A DNA stretch of 64,000 nucleotides, from contig JAPSGB010000012.1 of NCBI GenBank assembly GCA_035063585.1, forward strand, positions 77,235-141,234, in the 5' to 3' direction. The notes beneath the pieces are model-generated. The model did not search any database. It saw only the letters and a program-made list of their open reading frames with translations, and was not told the origin of the DNA. How positions within the stretch are numbered: the stretch's first letter is position 1; each line of letters opens with the position of its first letter. The DNA is from Polyangiaceae bacterium (GTDB lineage: Bacteria > Myxococcota_A > Polyangia > Polyangiales > Polyangiaceae). The translations under genes were made by a program, and so were the position numbers. Below are positions 1 through 11,532 of this stretch, piece after piece.

Positions 1-1779
1 CGGGGGAGCTGGGGTCGGTTCGGCGCGAAGCCGGGCGGGGGGCGGCTCGGGCCACTCGCCCGGCGCGAACGGGAGCGGCCCCGGCAGGGTGGGCTGGGTG
101 TTCTTCTCGAAGAGCGCGAACTCGTGGCTCGCGTCGAGCTCGAGCGAGAGCCCGCGCTCGGGCCCGCGGGCCGCGAACCACGCGCGCGCCGCTTGCACGT
201 TCGCGATGAGCACCGCGTGCTGCGGATCGCGGCGCGCTGCTTCGAGGAACCGCGCCTGCATCCCTTCGATATTTCCCTGTCGAAAGGCGATGCAGCCGAG
301 CAGGTTGAGCGCGACGCCGGGGGTCGGGTGGCCCGCGTCGAGCGCCCGGCGAGCGTGGTGGGCGGCTTCGTCGAAGGCGCAGGCGCGGTAGAGCGCGCCG
401 GCGAGATCGAGCTCGGCCGCGTGGTGGCCGCCGAGTCGCTCGACGATGGCGCGCGCCTCGGCGACGCTCGGGCGGTAGGCGACGTGGAGCCCCTTGTTCG
501 CGGCGAACCAGTCGTTCATCTCGCGCGCGAGCTCGGGGGTCGCGTCGAAGGGCATCTTGAGCTCTTGGAACGTCTCGCTGAAGTATTGCTCGCGGCGCAC
601 CTTGCCGCTCGCCTCGGCGTCGTCGAAGTCCTGCGTGCCCGGGTAGATGCTGAGGCACGAGAAGAGGTACTGGTGCGGCCGGGCCGCATCGAGGAACCGC
701 AAGGACTCGTGGAACGTCTCCCGGGTCTCGCCGCGGTTGCCGAGCATCATGTAGAAGCGCACGGCGATGCCGTAGCGCTTCGCCATCTCGGTGCCGGCGA
801 GGATCTCATCGACCGTGATCTTCTTGTTGATGGCGCCGAGGATGGCTGGCGAGCCGCTCTCGACGCCGAGGCTCAGCCGCTCGCAGCCCGCGAGGCGCAT
901 CTCGTAGAGGAGCTCTTCGCTCAGCACGTCCACGCGGGTGTCGCAGCTCCAGAGAAATGAGAGCTTTCGCGCGCGGATCCCGCGGCAGAGCTCGAGCACG
1001 CGCTTGCGGTTGGCGGTGAAGGTGTCGTCCTTCACGATGAGCATCTTGACGGGGAGCTGCTCGACGGCGTGCGCGATGTCGTCGAGCACGGTCGGGACGC
1101 TCCGCGCGCGGTAGCCGCGGCCCCAGGTGGTGTCGGCGCCGCAGAACGTGCAGGCCCAGGGGCAGCCGCGGCTGGTCATCAGGATGTGGGTCGCGAAGTA
1201 GTCGTGCGGCGAGGCGAGCGCGTCGAGCTTCGGGATCGCCGGGCGGCGCGGCCCCTCGACGAGCTCGCCGCCTTGGCGGTAGAACGTCCCGGCGAGGCCC
1301 GTCGCCGGCTCGCCGCGCTCGAGCCGCTCGATGAGCTCGAGGAAGGTGTGCTCGCTCTCGCCGACCGCGAGCGTGTCGATCTCCGGGTGGTGCGCGAGCA
1401 TCTCGCGGGCGAGCGGGGTCGCGTGCGGCCCTCCGACCACCACGTGCACTCCCGGGCGGAGGCGCTTCAGCTCCCGCGCGACGAGGCCGACCCCGCGGCG
1501 ATTCGAGGTCCAGCACGACATGCCGACGAGCTCCGCGTCGAGCCCTTCGAGGAGCTCGCGCGTCTTCGTCCAGGGGTAACCCGAGAGGTTCAAGACCTTC
1601 ACCTGGTGGCCGGCCCGGAGCGCCTGCGCGGCGAGGCTCAGGAGCCCGTACGGTACCTGATGGAAGTCGGAGTCGAGATCGCCCTCGCGGTACCCGGCAG
1701 GCGGCCCGTCGCGGCCGAGGCTCGGCTCGCCGGGGAGCGGGATCTTCCAGGGCGGCGGGTAGATGAGGGCGATGCGCAC
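1..1779 (-). CDS. B12-binding radical SAM protein with C-terminal TPR-like region; runs off the left edge
   Basis: Not in the ORF track because no stop lies in the window. My translation from GTG 1779 gives VRIALIYPP...VPYGLLSLAA...VVVGGPHAT (cobalamin-binding domain), SRGCPWACTFC (CxxxCxxC), KDDTF, LGVESGS, then ALNLLGCIAFRQG (TPR-like). Confidence 0.85.
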   Translation of the reverse strand, partial: MRIALIYPPPWKIPLPGEPSLGRDGPPAGYREGDLDSDFHQVPYGLLSLAAQALRAGHQVKVLNLSGYPWTKTRELLEGLDAELVGMSCWTSNRRGVGLVARELKRLRPGVHVVVGGPHATPLAREMLAHHPEIDTLAVGESEHTFLELIERLERGEPATGLAGTFYRQGGELVEGPRRPAIPKLDALASPHDYFATHILMTSRGCPWACTFCGADTTWGRGYRARSVPTVLDDIAHAVEQLPVKMLIVKDDTFTANRKRVLELCRGIRARKLSFLWSCDTRVDVLSEELLYEMRLAGCERLSLGVESGSPAILGAINKKITVDEILAGTEMAKRYGIAVRFYMMLGNRGETRETFHESLRFLDAARPHQYLFSCLSIYPGTQDFDDAEASGKVRREQYFSETFQELKMPFDATPELAREMNDWFAANKGLHVAYRPSVAEARAIVERLGGHHAAELDLAGALYRACAFDEAAHHARRALDAGHPTPGVALNLLGCIAFRQGNIEGMQARFLEAARRDPQHAVLIANVQAARAWFAARGPERGLSLELDASHEFALFEKNTQPTLPGPLPFAPGEWPEPPPARLRAEPTPAPP

Positions 1780-1873
1780 GCCGTGAGTCTAACCGGGGCG
1801 GCTCGCCAGGGCAGCTTCGGATGGGGTCGTGCGTTCGCGGGCGGCTCTGGCATGCTACGGAGCGAGGTCGCCG

Positions 1874-2521
1874 ATGTTGTTTGGACGAAAGCTGGTCGAG
1901 CTCCCCCGCCCGGGCGAGGCGCTGCCGGGCCGCTCCGAGCCCGTGACGGTGCCCGAGCGGCACTTCGTGAACGGTCACCGACTCGAGCCCCCGTTTCCCT
2001 CCGGGCTCGAGCGCGCCCTCTTCGGGATGGGGTGCTTCTGGGGCGCGGAGCGAAAATTCTGGGAGGAGCCGGGCGTGTACTCGACCGCCTCGGGCTACGC
2101 GGGCGGCGCGACGCCGAACCCCACCTACGAGGAGGTGTGCTCGGGGCGCACCGGGCACGCCGAGGTGGTGCTCGCGGTGTTCGAGCCGGCGGTCGTGCCC
2201 TACGAGCGGCTGCTTCGGATTTTCTGGGAGCACCACGACCCGACCCAGGGCATGCGCCAGGGAAACGACGTCGGGACCCAGTATCGCTCGGCGATTTTCC
2301 CGACCAGCGCCGAGCAGGAGCGCGCCGCGCTCGCCTCGCGCGACGCCTACGCAGCGCGTCTCGCCGAGCGCGGCTTCGGCGCCGTCACCACCGAGATCCG
2401 CGCGGGCGCCGACTTCTATTACGCGGAAGCCTACCACCAGCAGTATCTCGCCAAGAACCCGGACGGCTACTGCGGGCTCGGCGGCACCGGGGTGAGCTGC
2501 CCGGCGGGGCTCGGCGCGTGA
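1874..2521 (+). CDS. msrA: peptide-methionine (S)-S-oxide reductase MsrA
   Basis: [52 protein letters not shown] motifs; start chosen at ATG 1874. Confidence 0.97.
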   Translation: MLFGRKLVELPRPGEALPGRSEPVTVPERHFVNGHRLEPPFPSGLERALFGMGCFWGAERKFWEEPGVYSTASGYAGGATPNPTYEEVCSGRTGHAEVVLAVFEPAVVPYERLLRIFWEHHDPTQGMRQGNDVGTQYRSAIFPTSAEQERAALASRDAYAARLAERGFGAVTTEIRAGADFYYAEAYHQQYLAKNPDGYCGLGGTGVSCPAGLGA

Positions 2522-3225
2522 TCATCGACGAAGACGCGGGCCACGAGCTCCGCGAGCTCCTCGAGGTGCCGCGCGCCGCGCGCGAGCTCGCCTGGCAAGA
2601 GCGTTTCGAGGCGGCGCTCCGGGTGGCCCCGATGGTGAAGCTCGAAGATCGGATCCTCCAAGGGCCGGACGAGTTCCCGTACCTCGTCTTGAGCCAGCGG
2701 AGCGACGAGCCGCTCGAGCGGCTCGTGAGCGTGGGCGGCGTCGCCGAGGAGTGCACCGAGCGCGGGCTCGGCGTCGTCATCGATCCGAGCCCGAGCGGTC
2801 CGGCGTGGGTGCTCCACTACGGGCAGCTCTGGTCGCTCCGCGAGTACGGCGGCTTCGGCGGCGATCCGGCGGACGAGCGCCCGGAGCCGGGCGCGACGGT
2901 CGCCGCGCCCGAAGAGCGCGAGGTGCTCGTCGGGCAGCCGAGCGCGCGGATGCTGCCGGACTACGCGCGTCGCGTGCTCGACTCCTATCTGCGCCAGGCC
3001 GTCGGGCTCGCCGAGCCACGCGTGCTCGTCCTGGTCGATCCGACCCAGCGCCCCTCGCGGAACCTGGTCTTCAACGTGCACCCGGAGAAATTCCGCGACC
3101 CGCGCGCGATCGAGGCGGTGCTCGGCTCGCTCTCGTGGTTCATGCCGCCGGGGCGCGGCGTGCTCGCGCTCTCGGCGCGCGCGGGCTACGACGACGCCTT
3201 CGCGCCGCTCTGGCCTCCGAGCTGA
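2518..3225 (+). CDS. hypothetical protein, translationally coupled to msrA
   Basis: C-terminal part of ORF 1069..3225 has globular composition ([24 protein letters not shown]); GTGA start/stop overlap with msrA. Confidence 0.75.
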   Translation: MIIDEDAGHELRELLEVPRAARELAWQERFEAALRVAPMVKLEDRILQGPDEFPYLVLSQRSDEPLERLVSVGGVAEECTERGLGVVIDPSPSGPAWVLHYGQLWSLREYGGFGGDPADERPEPGATVAAPEEREVLVGQPSARMLPDYARRVLDSYLRQAVGLAEPRVLVLVDPTQRPSRNLVFNVHPEKFRDPRAIEAVLGSLSWFMPPGRGVLALSARAGYDDAFAPLWPPS

Positions 3226-3284
3226 GGCGCGCGGTCGCTCCGCGCGGCTGCGCGCCGGACCGGCAACCCTGCTAGGCTGCCGCG

Positions 3285-4865
3285 GTGGAAGACCGGCGCG
3301 AAGTCTCCGTGGTGTTCGAGCTCGACGAGCCCGACGACGACGCCCGGCTCCGCGAGAAGGTGGCGCGCGCGATCGGTGCGAGCGCGGCGTCGCTGCCCGA
3401 GCTCGAGGTGCTGCGCCGCTCGATCGACGCGCGGCGCGGGCGGGTCCGCTTCAACGTGCTGGTCGGGCTCGGCCCCGGGAGCCGGGCGCCGCTCGGCGGC
3501 GCGCCGCCCCGCGAAGTCCGGCTCCCGGCGCGCGTCGTCATCGTGGGCGACGGCCCGGCGGGGCTCTTCGCGGCGTACGAGCTCGCGCGCGCGGGGGTCG
3601 CGGCGGTGGTGGTCGAGCGCGGCAAGCTGGTGCAGCCGCGCCGCCATGGGCTGGCTGCCTTGAACCAGCGGGGCGAGGTCGATCCGGAAAGCAATTACTG
3701 CTTCGGCGAGGGCGGCGCGGGGACCTACAGCGACGGAAAGCTCTACACGCGCGCGCACAAACGCGGCCGCGTGCGCGACGTCATCGAGCTGCTCGCCGCG
3801 CACGGCGCGCCCGAGGCGATCCTCACCGACGCGCGCCCGCACATCGGCTCGAACCGGCTCCCGAAGGTGGTGACCGCGCTCCGCGAGCGGCTGGAAGCGG
3901 TCGGCGTCGTCTTTCGCTTCGAGAGCCGAGTGGTCGAGCTCCTGGTGGAAGGGGGGTCGGGGCGGCGCGGAATCGCCGGGGTCCGGCTCGCGAGCGGCGA
4001 AGAGCTCGCGGCCGAGGCCGTCGTGCTCGCGACCGGACACTCGGCGCGCGACGTCTTGCTCATGCTCGAGCGCGCTGGCGTTCGGCTCGAGCCGAAGCCG
4101 TTCGCGCTCGGCGTGCGCGTCGAGCATCCGCAGCCGCTCGTCGACGGGATCCAGTATGGGCGCGCCGCCGGTCATCCGCGCCTGCCCGCCGCGTCGTATC
4201 GCGTCGCCGAGACCATCGACGGGCGCGGCGTGTTCTCGTTTTGCATGTGCCCGGGCGGGTTCGTGGTGCCGGCGGCGACCGAGCCGGGCGGCGTGGTCGT
4301 GAACGGTATGAGCCTCTCGCGCCGCGACTCGCCTTACGCGAATTCCGGGCTGGTCGTCGCCATCGAGCCCGAGGACGTCGCGCGCGCGGGATTCGCCGGG
4401 CCGCTCGGCGGCGTCGAGCTCCAGCGGCGGCTCGAGGAGGCCGCGTTCACGGCCGGCGGTGGCGCGCTCCGCGCTCCCGCGACGCGCGTCACGGACTTCG
4501 TCGCCGGACGCGCCTCGGCGACCGTACCGGACTCGAGCTATCGCCCCGGGCTCACCGCGGGCGAGCTCTCCGCCGTCCTCGCGGCGACCGGGCTGCCGGT
4601 GGCCGAGCGGCTGCGCGCGGCGCTCCGCGCATTCGGCGAGAGCCTGCGCGGATTTCTGAGCGAAGAGGCCGTGCTCATCGGCGTCGAGTCGCGGACCAGC
4701 TCGCCGGTGCGGGTGCCCCGCGAGCGGGACTCGCTCGAGTCGCCCGAGCTCACCGGCCTCTACCCGACCGGCGAAGGGGCGGGCTACGCAGGCGGGATCG
4801 TGAGCGCGGCGGTGGACGGGCTGAACGTCGCGGAGCGGGTGATCGCCCGGCTCGCCGCGCGCTGA
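3285..4865 (+). CDS. FAD-dependent oxidoreductase (uncharacterised dehydrogenase family)
   Basis: IVGDGPAGLFAA dinucleotide fold, FGEGGAGTYSDGKL, ATGHSARD, FCMCPGG, ESRTSSP, GEGAGYAGGIVSAAVDG. Confidence 0.9.
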   Translation: MEDRREVSVVFELDEPDDDARLREKVARAIGASAASLPELEVLRRSIDARRGRVRFNVLVGLGPGSRAPLGGAPPREVRLPARVVIVGDGPAGLFAAYELARAGVAAVVVERGKLVQPRRHGLAALNQRGEVDPESNYCFGEGGAGTYSDGKLYTRAHKRGRVRDVIELLAAHGAPEAILTDARPHIGSNRLPKVVTALRERLEAVGVVFRFESRVVELLVEGGSGRRGIAGVRLASGEELAAEAVVLATGHSARDVLLMLERAGVRLEPKPFALGVRVEHPQPLVDGIQYGRAAGHPRLPAASYRVAETIDGRGVFSFCMCPGGFVVPAATEPGGVVVNGMSLSRRDSPYANSGLVVAIEPEDVARAGFAGPLGGVELQRRLEEAAFTAGGGALRAPATRVTDFVAGRASATVPDSSYRPGLTAGELSAVLAATGLPVAERLRAALRAFGESLRGFLSEEAVLIGVESRTSSPVRVPRERDSLESPELTGLYPTGEGAGYAGGIVSAAVDGLNVAERVIARLAAR

Positions 4866-4881
4866 GCGCGGCCGCGCCGTC

Positions 4882-7140
<2,259 letters not shown>

Positions 7141-7144
7141 CTCG

Positions 7145-7435
7145 TCACCGATACTTCAGCACTTCCATCAGCTCGCTCACCATCGCGTCGGCGTCGCCTC
7201 GCTCGCTCGCGGTCACCACGTGAGCCCTCAGGTGGCTCTGGAGGATGAGCGCGCTCACCTTCTCGAGCGCGCCCGACACGGCCTTCAGCTGCGTCAGCAC
7301 GTCCACGCAGTATGCGGAGTCGTCGTCGAGCATGCGGAGCACGCCATCGACGTGCCCTCGGACGCTCTGGAGCCGGCGACGCGCCTGGGCGCGAGCCTCG
7401 TCGTCCAGCCGCATCGCGTGGCAGGTGCGCTTCAC
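7145..7435 (-). CDS. csoR: CsoR/RcnR-family metal-sensing repressor
   Basis: [39 protein letters not shown] start overlaps the copZ stop (alternative ATG seven codons later). Confidence 0.92.
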   Translation of the reverse strand: MKRTCHAMRLDDEARAQARRRLQSVRGHVDGVLRMLDDDSAYCVDVLTQLKAVSGALEKVSALILQSHLRAHVVTASERGDADAMVSELMEVLKYR

Positions 7436-7635
7436 GGCGCGGCCTCGGCCTGATAGCCCTCCTCGACGACCGCGGCGAGGAGCGCCGCGAGATCGGGCGC
7501 GCCCTCGACGACGGCCTCTTCGCGGACGCGGTCGACGCTCACCACCCGGGTGACCCCCGGCACCGCGCCGAGCGCTCGGGTGACCGACCGCTCGCAGTGC
7601 CCGCACGTCAGTCCCTTTATTTTCAGCTTGATCAT
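7432..7635 (-). CDS. copZ: copper chaperone (HMA domain)
   Basis: MIKLKIKGLTCGHC...EEGY, 67 aa; GAGGAG upstream. Confidence 0.92.
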   Translation of the reverse strand: MIKLKIKGLTCGHCERSVTRALGAVPGVTRVVSVDRVREEAVVEGAPDLAALLAAVVEEGYQAEAAP

Positions 7636-7677
7636 CGCCTCTGCTCCTCGTCTCGGGCCGCGCCGCGGCCCCTCGAT

Positions 7678-7697
7678 CCCTACCCCCGGGGGTAGGG
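7678..7697. promoter_or_regulatory. putative CsoR operator
   Basis: Perfect 20-bp palindrome CCCTACCCCC|GGGGGTAGGG about 40 bp upstream of copZ; fits the TAC-C-tract/G-tract-GTA style of CsoR operators. Confidence 0.8.
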
Positions 7698-7794
7698 GTA
7701 GCCGGAACATGGGGCGCGCGGGCGCCGGGGTCAAGGGCGCGCGCCTCGGCGTGAGCCCGAGAGACGGCCGCGGGCCGCTCCCGGAGCTCGTCCG

Positions 7795-10347
7795 TCAGTT
7801 GAGCTTCACCTGCTGGAGGTACCAGGCCGGCGCGTACATGCGCCAGGCGCTGCTCCCGGCGGCGAGGAAGCGGAAGCGCGCGGCGGAGGTGCGACACGCC
7901 GCGGGGAGGGAGATGCTCTGCGCGGTCCACCCAAAGCTACGGTTGATGCTGGTGTCGCCGTCGCAGTAGCTGTTACCGCAGGGACTCTGCTTGTTGGGCC
8001 AGGGGCTCGGCGTGAGCGTCACGAAAGTGGTCCCGCCGTCACCGGAGCACTGCACGTAGAGCCGCTCGGACTTGTCCACGTCGCCGGAGTAAGTGCTGTC
8101 ATCGTCGAGCCGGACCTGGTACGAGAGCGTGGCGCTCGCGCACCCGGAGAGGTTGACGTTCTTCGTGTAGGTCGCGGCCTCGCTATACGAAGAGCCGTAG
8201 GGGTTGATGCCCGAGCCGCCGCCCAGGTTTCCCGGGTACCGCTGCCAGAAGGGATCGCTCTTACGCCAGGTCCAGTCGTCGTCGCTGCCGTTCCAGGCTC
8301 CGATGGTGAGCCCGGTCGGGCAGGTCTGACAGTCCGTCGAGCACGAGCCGCTCGTCTCCCCGCAGCTACACACGCCGTCGCCGCAGCTCGCGCCGGCGCA
8401 CGGATCGCTGACGCAGACGCCGCCCTGGCACTGGTAGGCGCAGGTGGTGTCGATGGGCGCGTAGCTGCAGTTGCCGCCCGAGCAGGTGCCGGGGTTCTCG
8501 TAGGTGCGGCGCGTGGTCGCGTTCGCGCAGGTCGCGTCGGGCGGCGCGTTGCAGCTCACGCCCCCGCACGGGTCGGGCTTGCACGCGCCGCTCTGGCAGC
8601 CGAACTGGCAGGGCGTGTCCTGGTAGCCGTTATACGAGCAGGTGCCGCCCGAGCAGGTGCCGGGGCTCGAGAAGGTGCGGAGCGTGCTCCCGCCCGCGCA
8701 CTGCGGCGCAGGCGGCGAGTTGCAGCTCACGCTCTGGCAGGGGTCGGGCTTGCAGGCGCCGTTCAGACACCCGAACGGGCAGTTCGAGTCTTGCGTCCCG
8801 TACGTGCAAGCGCCGCCCGCGCAGGAGCCCGGGCTCGTGAAGACGCGCCGCGTGCTCGCGCTCGCGCAGACGGGCCCGGGCGGGGTGTCGCAGGTGACGC
8901 CCGCGCAGGGGTTGCCCTGGCAGGTGTCGTTGCTGCATCCGTACTGGCAGGTGGTGTCGACCGGCGCGTAGGTGCAGTTGCCCCCCGCGCAGGTGCCGGG
9001 GCTCTGATACGAGCGGCGCGTGCTCGCGTCGAGGCAGCTCGTCCCGGGCGGCGCGTTGCAGGTCACGTTCTGGCACGGATCGGACTTGCACACCCCGCTC
9101 AGGCACCCAAACGGGCAGTGGGTGTCCGACGGCGCGTACGAGCAGGTGCCGTCGGCGCAGGTGCCGGAGCTCGCGTAGGTGCGGCGGGTGTTCGCGTCGA
9201 GGCACATCGCGGAGGGAGGGGACTTGCACACCTTGCCCGCGCACGGGTCGGGTTTGCACGCGCCGGCCTCGCAGCCGTACTGACACGTCTCGTAGGAAGG
9301 AGAGTACATGCAGTACCCGTTGTCACAGACGCCGGAGCCGAACGAGCGCCGCGTGAACGGATCGGAGCAGACGGCCGCCGGCGGCGAGTTGCAGGTGACG
9401 ACGGCGCAGGGGTCGGGCTTGCAGGCGCCCCGCTCGCACCCGTACACGCAGCTCGTGGTCGACGACGAGTAGCTGCAGTCGCCACCCGCGCAGGTGCCCG
9501 TGCTCGCGTAGGTGCGGAGCGTCGCCCCGTCGAGGCAGAGCGGGCTCGGCGGGACGTTGCACTCGACGCCCCCGCACGGATCGCCCTTGCACGCGCCGGC
9601 CTCGCACCCGTACTGACAGTTCGAGTCGAGCTTGTCGTAGGTGCAGGTGCCGTCATCGCAGGACCCCGGGGTCACGTACGAGCGCCGCTTGGTCGAGTCC
9701 AGGCACACGGCCGCCGGGGGCGCGTTGCATTCGACGGTGAGGCACGGATCGGGCTTGCACGCGCCGTTCTCGCAGCCGAACGTGCATGGCGTATCGACGG
9801 GCTCGTAGTGACAGTCGCCGAGCTCGCAGCTGCCCTGACTCGCGTACGAGCGGAGCGTGCCGTCGTCGACGCAGGAGTCTCCGGGCGGCGCCTCGCACGT
9901 GACCCCGACGCAGGGATCGCCCTCGCAGGCGCCATCCTTGCAGCCGAACACGCACGGCGTGTCGGTGGCCGCGAAGACGCAGTCGCCGTTCTCGCAGGTC
10001 CCCTTGCCGTCCGACGAGCGCAGCGTGTTCGCGTCCGAGCAGAGCGGCGCCGGGGGCGTGTCGCACACCACGCCCGCGCACGGATCGCCGCCGCCGCCGG
10101 TTCCGGCCGAGCCGGACGCCCCCGCGCCGCCGCCGGTGCCCGCTCCGCCCGCTCCCGCGCCGCCCCGACCCCCAGTCCCGCTCGAGCCGCCGCTGCTCGA
10201 CCCGCCGGTGCCGCCGCTCGACGCGTCCGGGCCGCCGTCCTGGCTGTTGAAGTTGTCGTCCGGGACGAAGCTGCGGTCCTCCGTGCCGCACGCGCCGACG
10301 GCCAGCGCGAGGAGGGCGCACCCGAGGACGACCCCGAAGCTCTTCAT
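7795..10347 (-). CDS. Cys-rich repeat lipoprotein A (10 x ~56-aa 8-Cys repeats plus C-terminal globular domain)
   Basis: Signal/lipobox MKSFGVVLGCALLALAVGAC, Gly-rich linker, repeats DPC.GV.C..PP...C.D..T.R.Y...GTC..G.C.Y...DT.C.FGC..GAC. Confidence 0.9.
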   Translation of the reverse strand: MKSFGVVLGCALLALAVGACGTEDRSFVPDDNFNSQDGGPDASSGGTGGSSSGGSSGTGGRGGAGAGGAGTGGGAGASGSAGTGGGGDPCAGVVCDTPPAPLCSDANTLRSSDGKGTCENGDCVFAATDTPCVFGCKDGACEGDPCVGVTCEAPPGDSCVDDGTLRSYASQGSCELGDCHYEPVDTPCTFGCENGACKPDPCLTVECNAPPAAVCLDSTKRRSYVTPGSCDDGTCTYDKLDSNCQYGCEAGACKGDPCGGVECNVPPSPLCLDGATLRTYASTGTCAGGDCSYSSSTTSCVYGCERGACKPDPCAVVTCNSPPAAVCSDPFTRRSFGSGVCDNGYCMYSPSYETCQYGCEAGACKPDPCAGKVCKSPPSAMCLDANTRRTYASSGTCADGTCSYAPSDTHCPFGCLSGVCKSDPCQNVTCNAPPGTSCLDASTRRSYQSPGTCAGGNCTYAPVDTTCQYGCSNDTCQGNPCAGVTCDTPPGPVCASASTRRVFTSPGSCAGGACTYGTQDSNCPFGCLNGACKPDPCQSVSCNSPPAPQCAGGSTLRTFSSPGTCSGGTCSYNGYQDTPCQFGCQSGACKPDPCGGVSCNAPPDATCANATTRRTYENPGTCSGGNCSYAPIDTTCAYQCQGGVCVSDPCAGASCGDGVCSCGETSGSCSTDCQTCPTGLTIGAWNGSDDDWTWRKSDPFWQRYPGNLGGGSGINPYGSSYSEAATYTKNVNLSGCASATLSYQVRLDDDSTYSGDVDKSERLYVQCSGDGGTTFVTLTPSPWPNKQSPCGNSYCDGDTSINRSFGWTAQSISLPAACRTSAARFRFLAAGSSAWRMYAPAWYLQQVKLN

Positions 10348-10523
10348 GAGGCGCAGTCTAGTCGATTTCTGTCGTGGCCGGCCCACCGGTCGCTCAGTTC
10401 CCGGCGCGGATGTGCGCTCATGTCGTGCGTCCGGCGAAGATGTGCGATTGCCTCCGCCGGACCCCGCGCTCGATGGCAGACGCGCCCTGTTCAAAGGGAC
10501 TCCGGCGGTGCAATCTCGCCTCC

Positions 10524-11522
10524 GTGCGACTTCCTGCTTTTTGGGGCGCCCTCGCGGTGGCCGCCGGGCTGGGTACTGGGGTTGGTCCGGCGCGGGCTCA
10601 GACCGCCGCGGAGCTCGCGCAGGCCCGCAGTCACTTTCGCGAGGCGCTCAGCCAGGAAGCGGCCGGCGACTGGGCCGGCGCGCTCGCCAAGCTCGAGAGC
10701 GTCGCGCGCGTCAAGCTGACGCCGCAGGTGCGCTTCCACATCGCCCGGTGCAAGGAGCACCTCGGCCGCTACACCGAGGCGCTCGGCGACTACAAGCTCG
10801 CCGAGTACGAGGCGGGGCAGGCCGGCGCGAAAGAGCTCGCCGAGATCGCCGAGGCTCGCGCCGCGCTCGAGCAGCGCGTGCCGACCGTGACCGTGATCGT
10901 GCCGTCGGACATGGCCGGGGCGAGCGTGGAGCTCGACGGCGTCGAGCTCGGCGCGCCGCAGCTCGGCGTACCGTTCCCGGTGAACCCGGGCGCGCATCGG
11001 CTGGTGGCGAAGCGCGGCGCGCGCCGCGTCGTGAAGTCGTTCACGGTCGCCGACGGCGAGGCGCCGAAGCTGGAGCTCGCGGCCCCTCCGCCCGACGAGG
11101 CGGGCGCGCGCTCCGAGCCGTCGACGGCTCCGGGCGAGCTCGGGGACGAGCCCGCGAAGGACCCGGCCCGGGCGAGCGGCGCCGGGCCCTGGCCGTGGGT
11201 GGCGGCGGGGGTCGGCGCGGCCGGGTTCATCGGAGCAGGCGTGTTCTACGCGCTCCACTCGAGCGCGGAGTCGGACCTCTCGAGCGCGTGCCGAGGCTCG
11301 GTCTGTCCGGAGTCGATGCAGGATACTCAAGACAGTAGTAAACTATACGGCACGCTCTCGGGGGTCTCGCTCGGGCTCGGCGTGGCGGGCGCCGCCACCG
11401 CCACCGTGCTCTTTCTCACGGGCTCGAGCAAACCCGCGGAGCAGACCGCGCGCGCGCGGGTCATGCTGCAGCCCGCGGTCGGTCCCTCCTCGGGCGGGGT
11501 GCGGCTCTTCGGGGCGTTCTGA
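10524..11522 (+). CDS. exported TPR + PEGA-like protein with C-terminal hydrophobic hairpin
   Basis: Signal peptide ending ARAQ, TPR (VRFHIARCKEHLGRYTEAL..Y), PEGA-like (ASVELDG...VNPGAHRL), two hydrophobic helices, ends LFGAF. Start uncertain. Confidence 0.8.
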   Translation: MRLPAFWGALAVAAGLGTGVGPARAQTAAELAQARSHFREALSQEAAGDWAGALAKLESVARVKLTPQVRFHIARCKEHLGRYTEALGDYKLAEYEAGQAGAKELAEIAEARAALEQRVPTVTVIVPSDMAGASVELDGVELGAPQLGVPFPVNPGAHRLVAKRGARRVVKSFTVADGEAPKLELAAPPPDEAGARSEPSTAPGELGDEPAKDPARASGAGPWPWVAAGVGAAGFIGAGVFYALHSSAESDLSSACRGSVCPESMQDTQDSSKLYGTLSGVSLGLGVAGAATATVLFLTGSSKPAEQTARARVMLQPAVGPSSGGVRLFGAF

Positions 11523-11532
11523 GCGGACGCGC

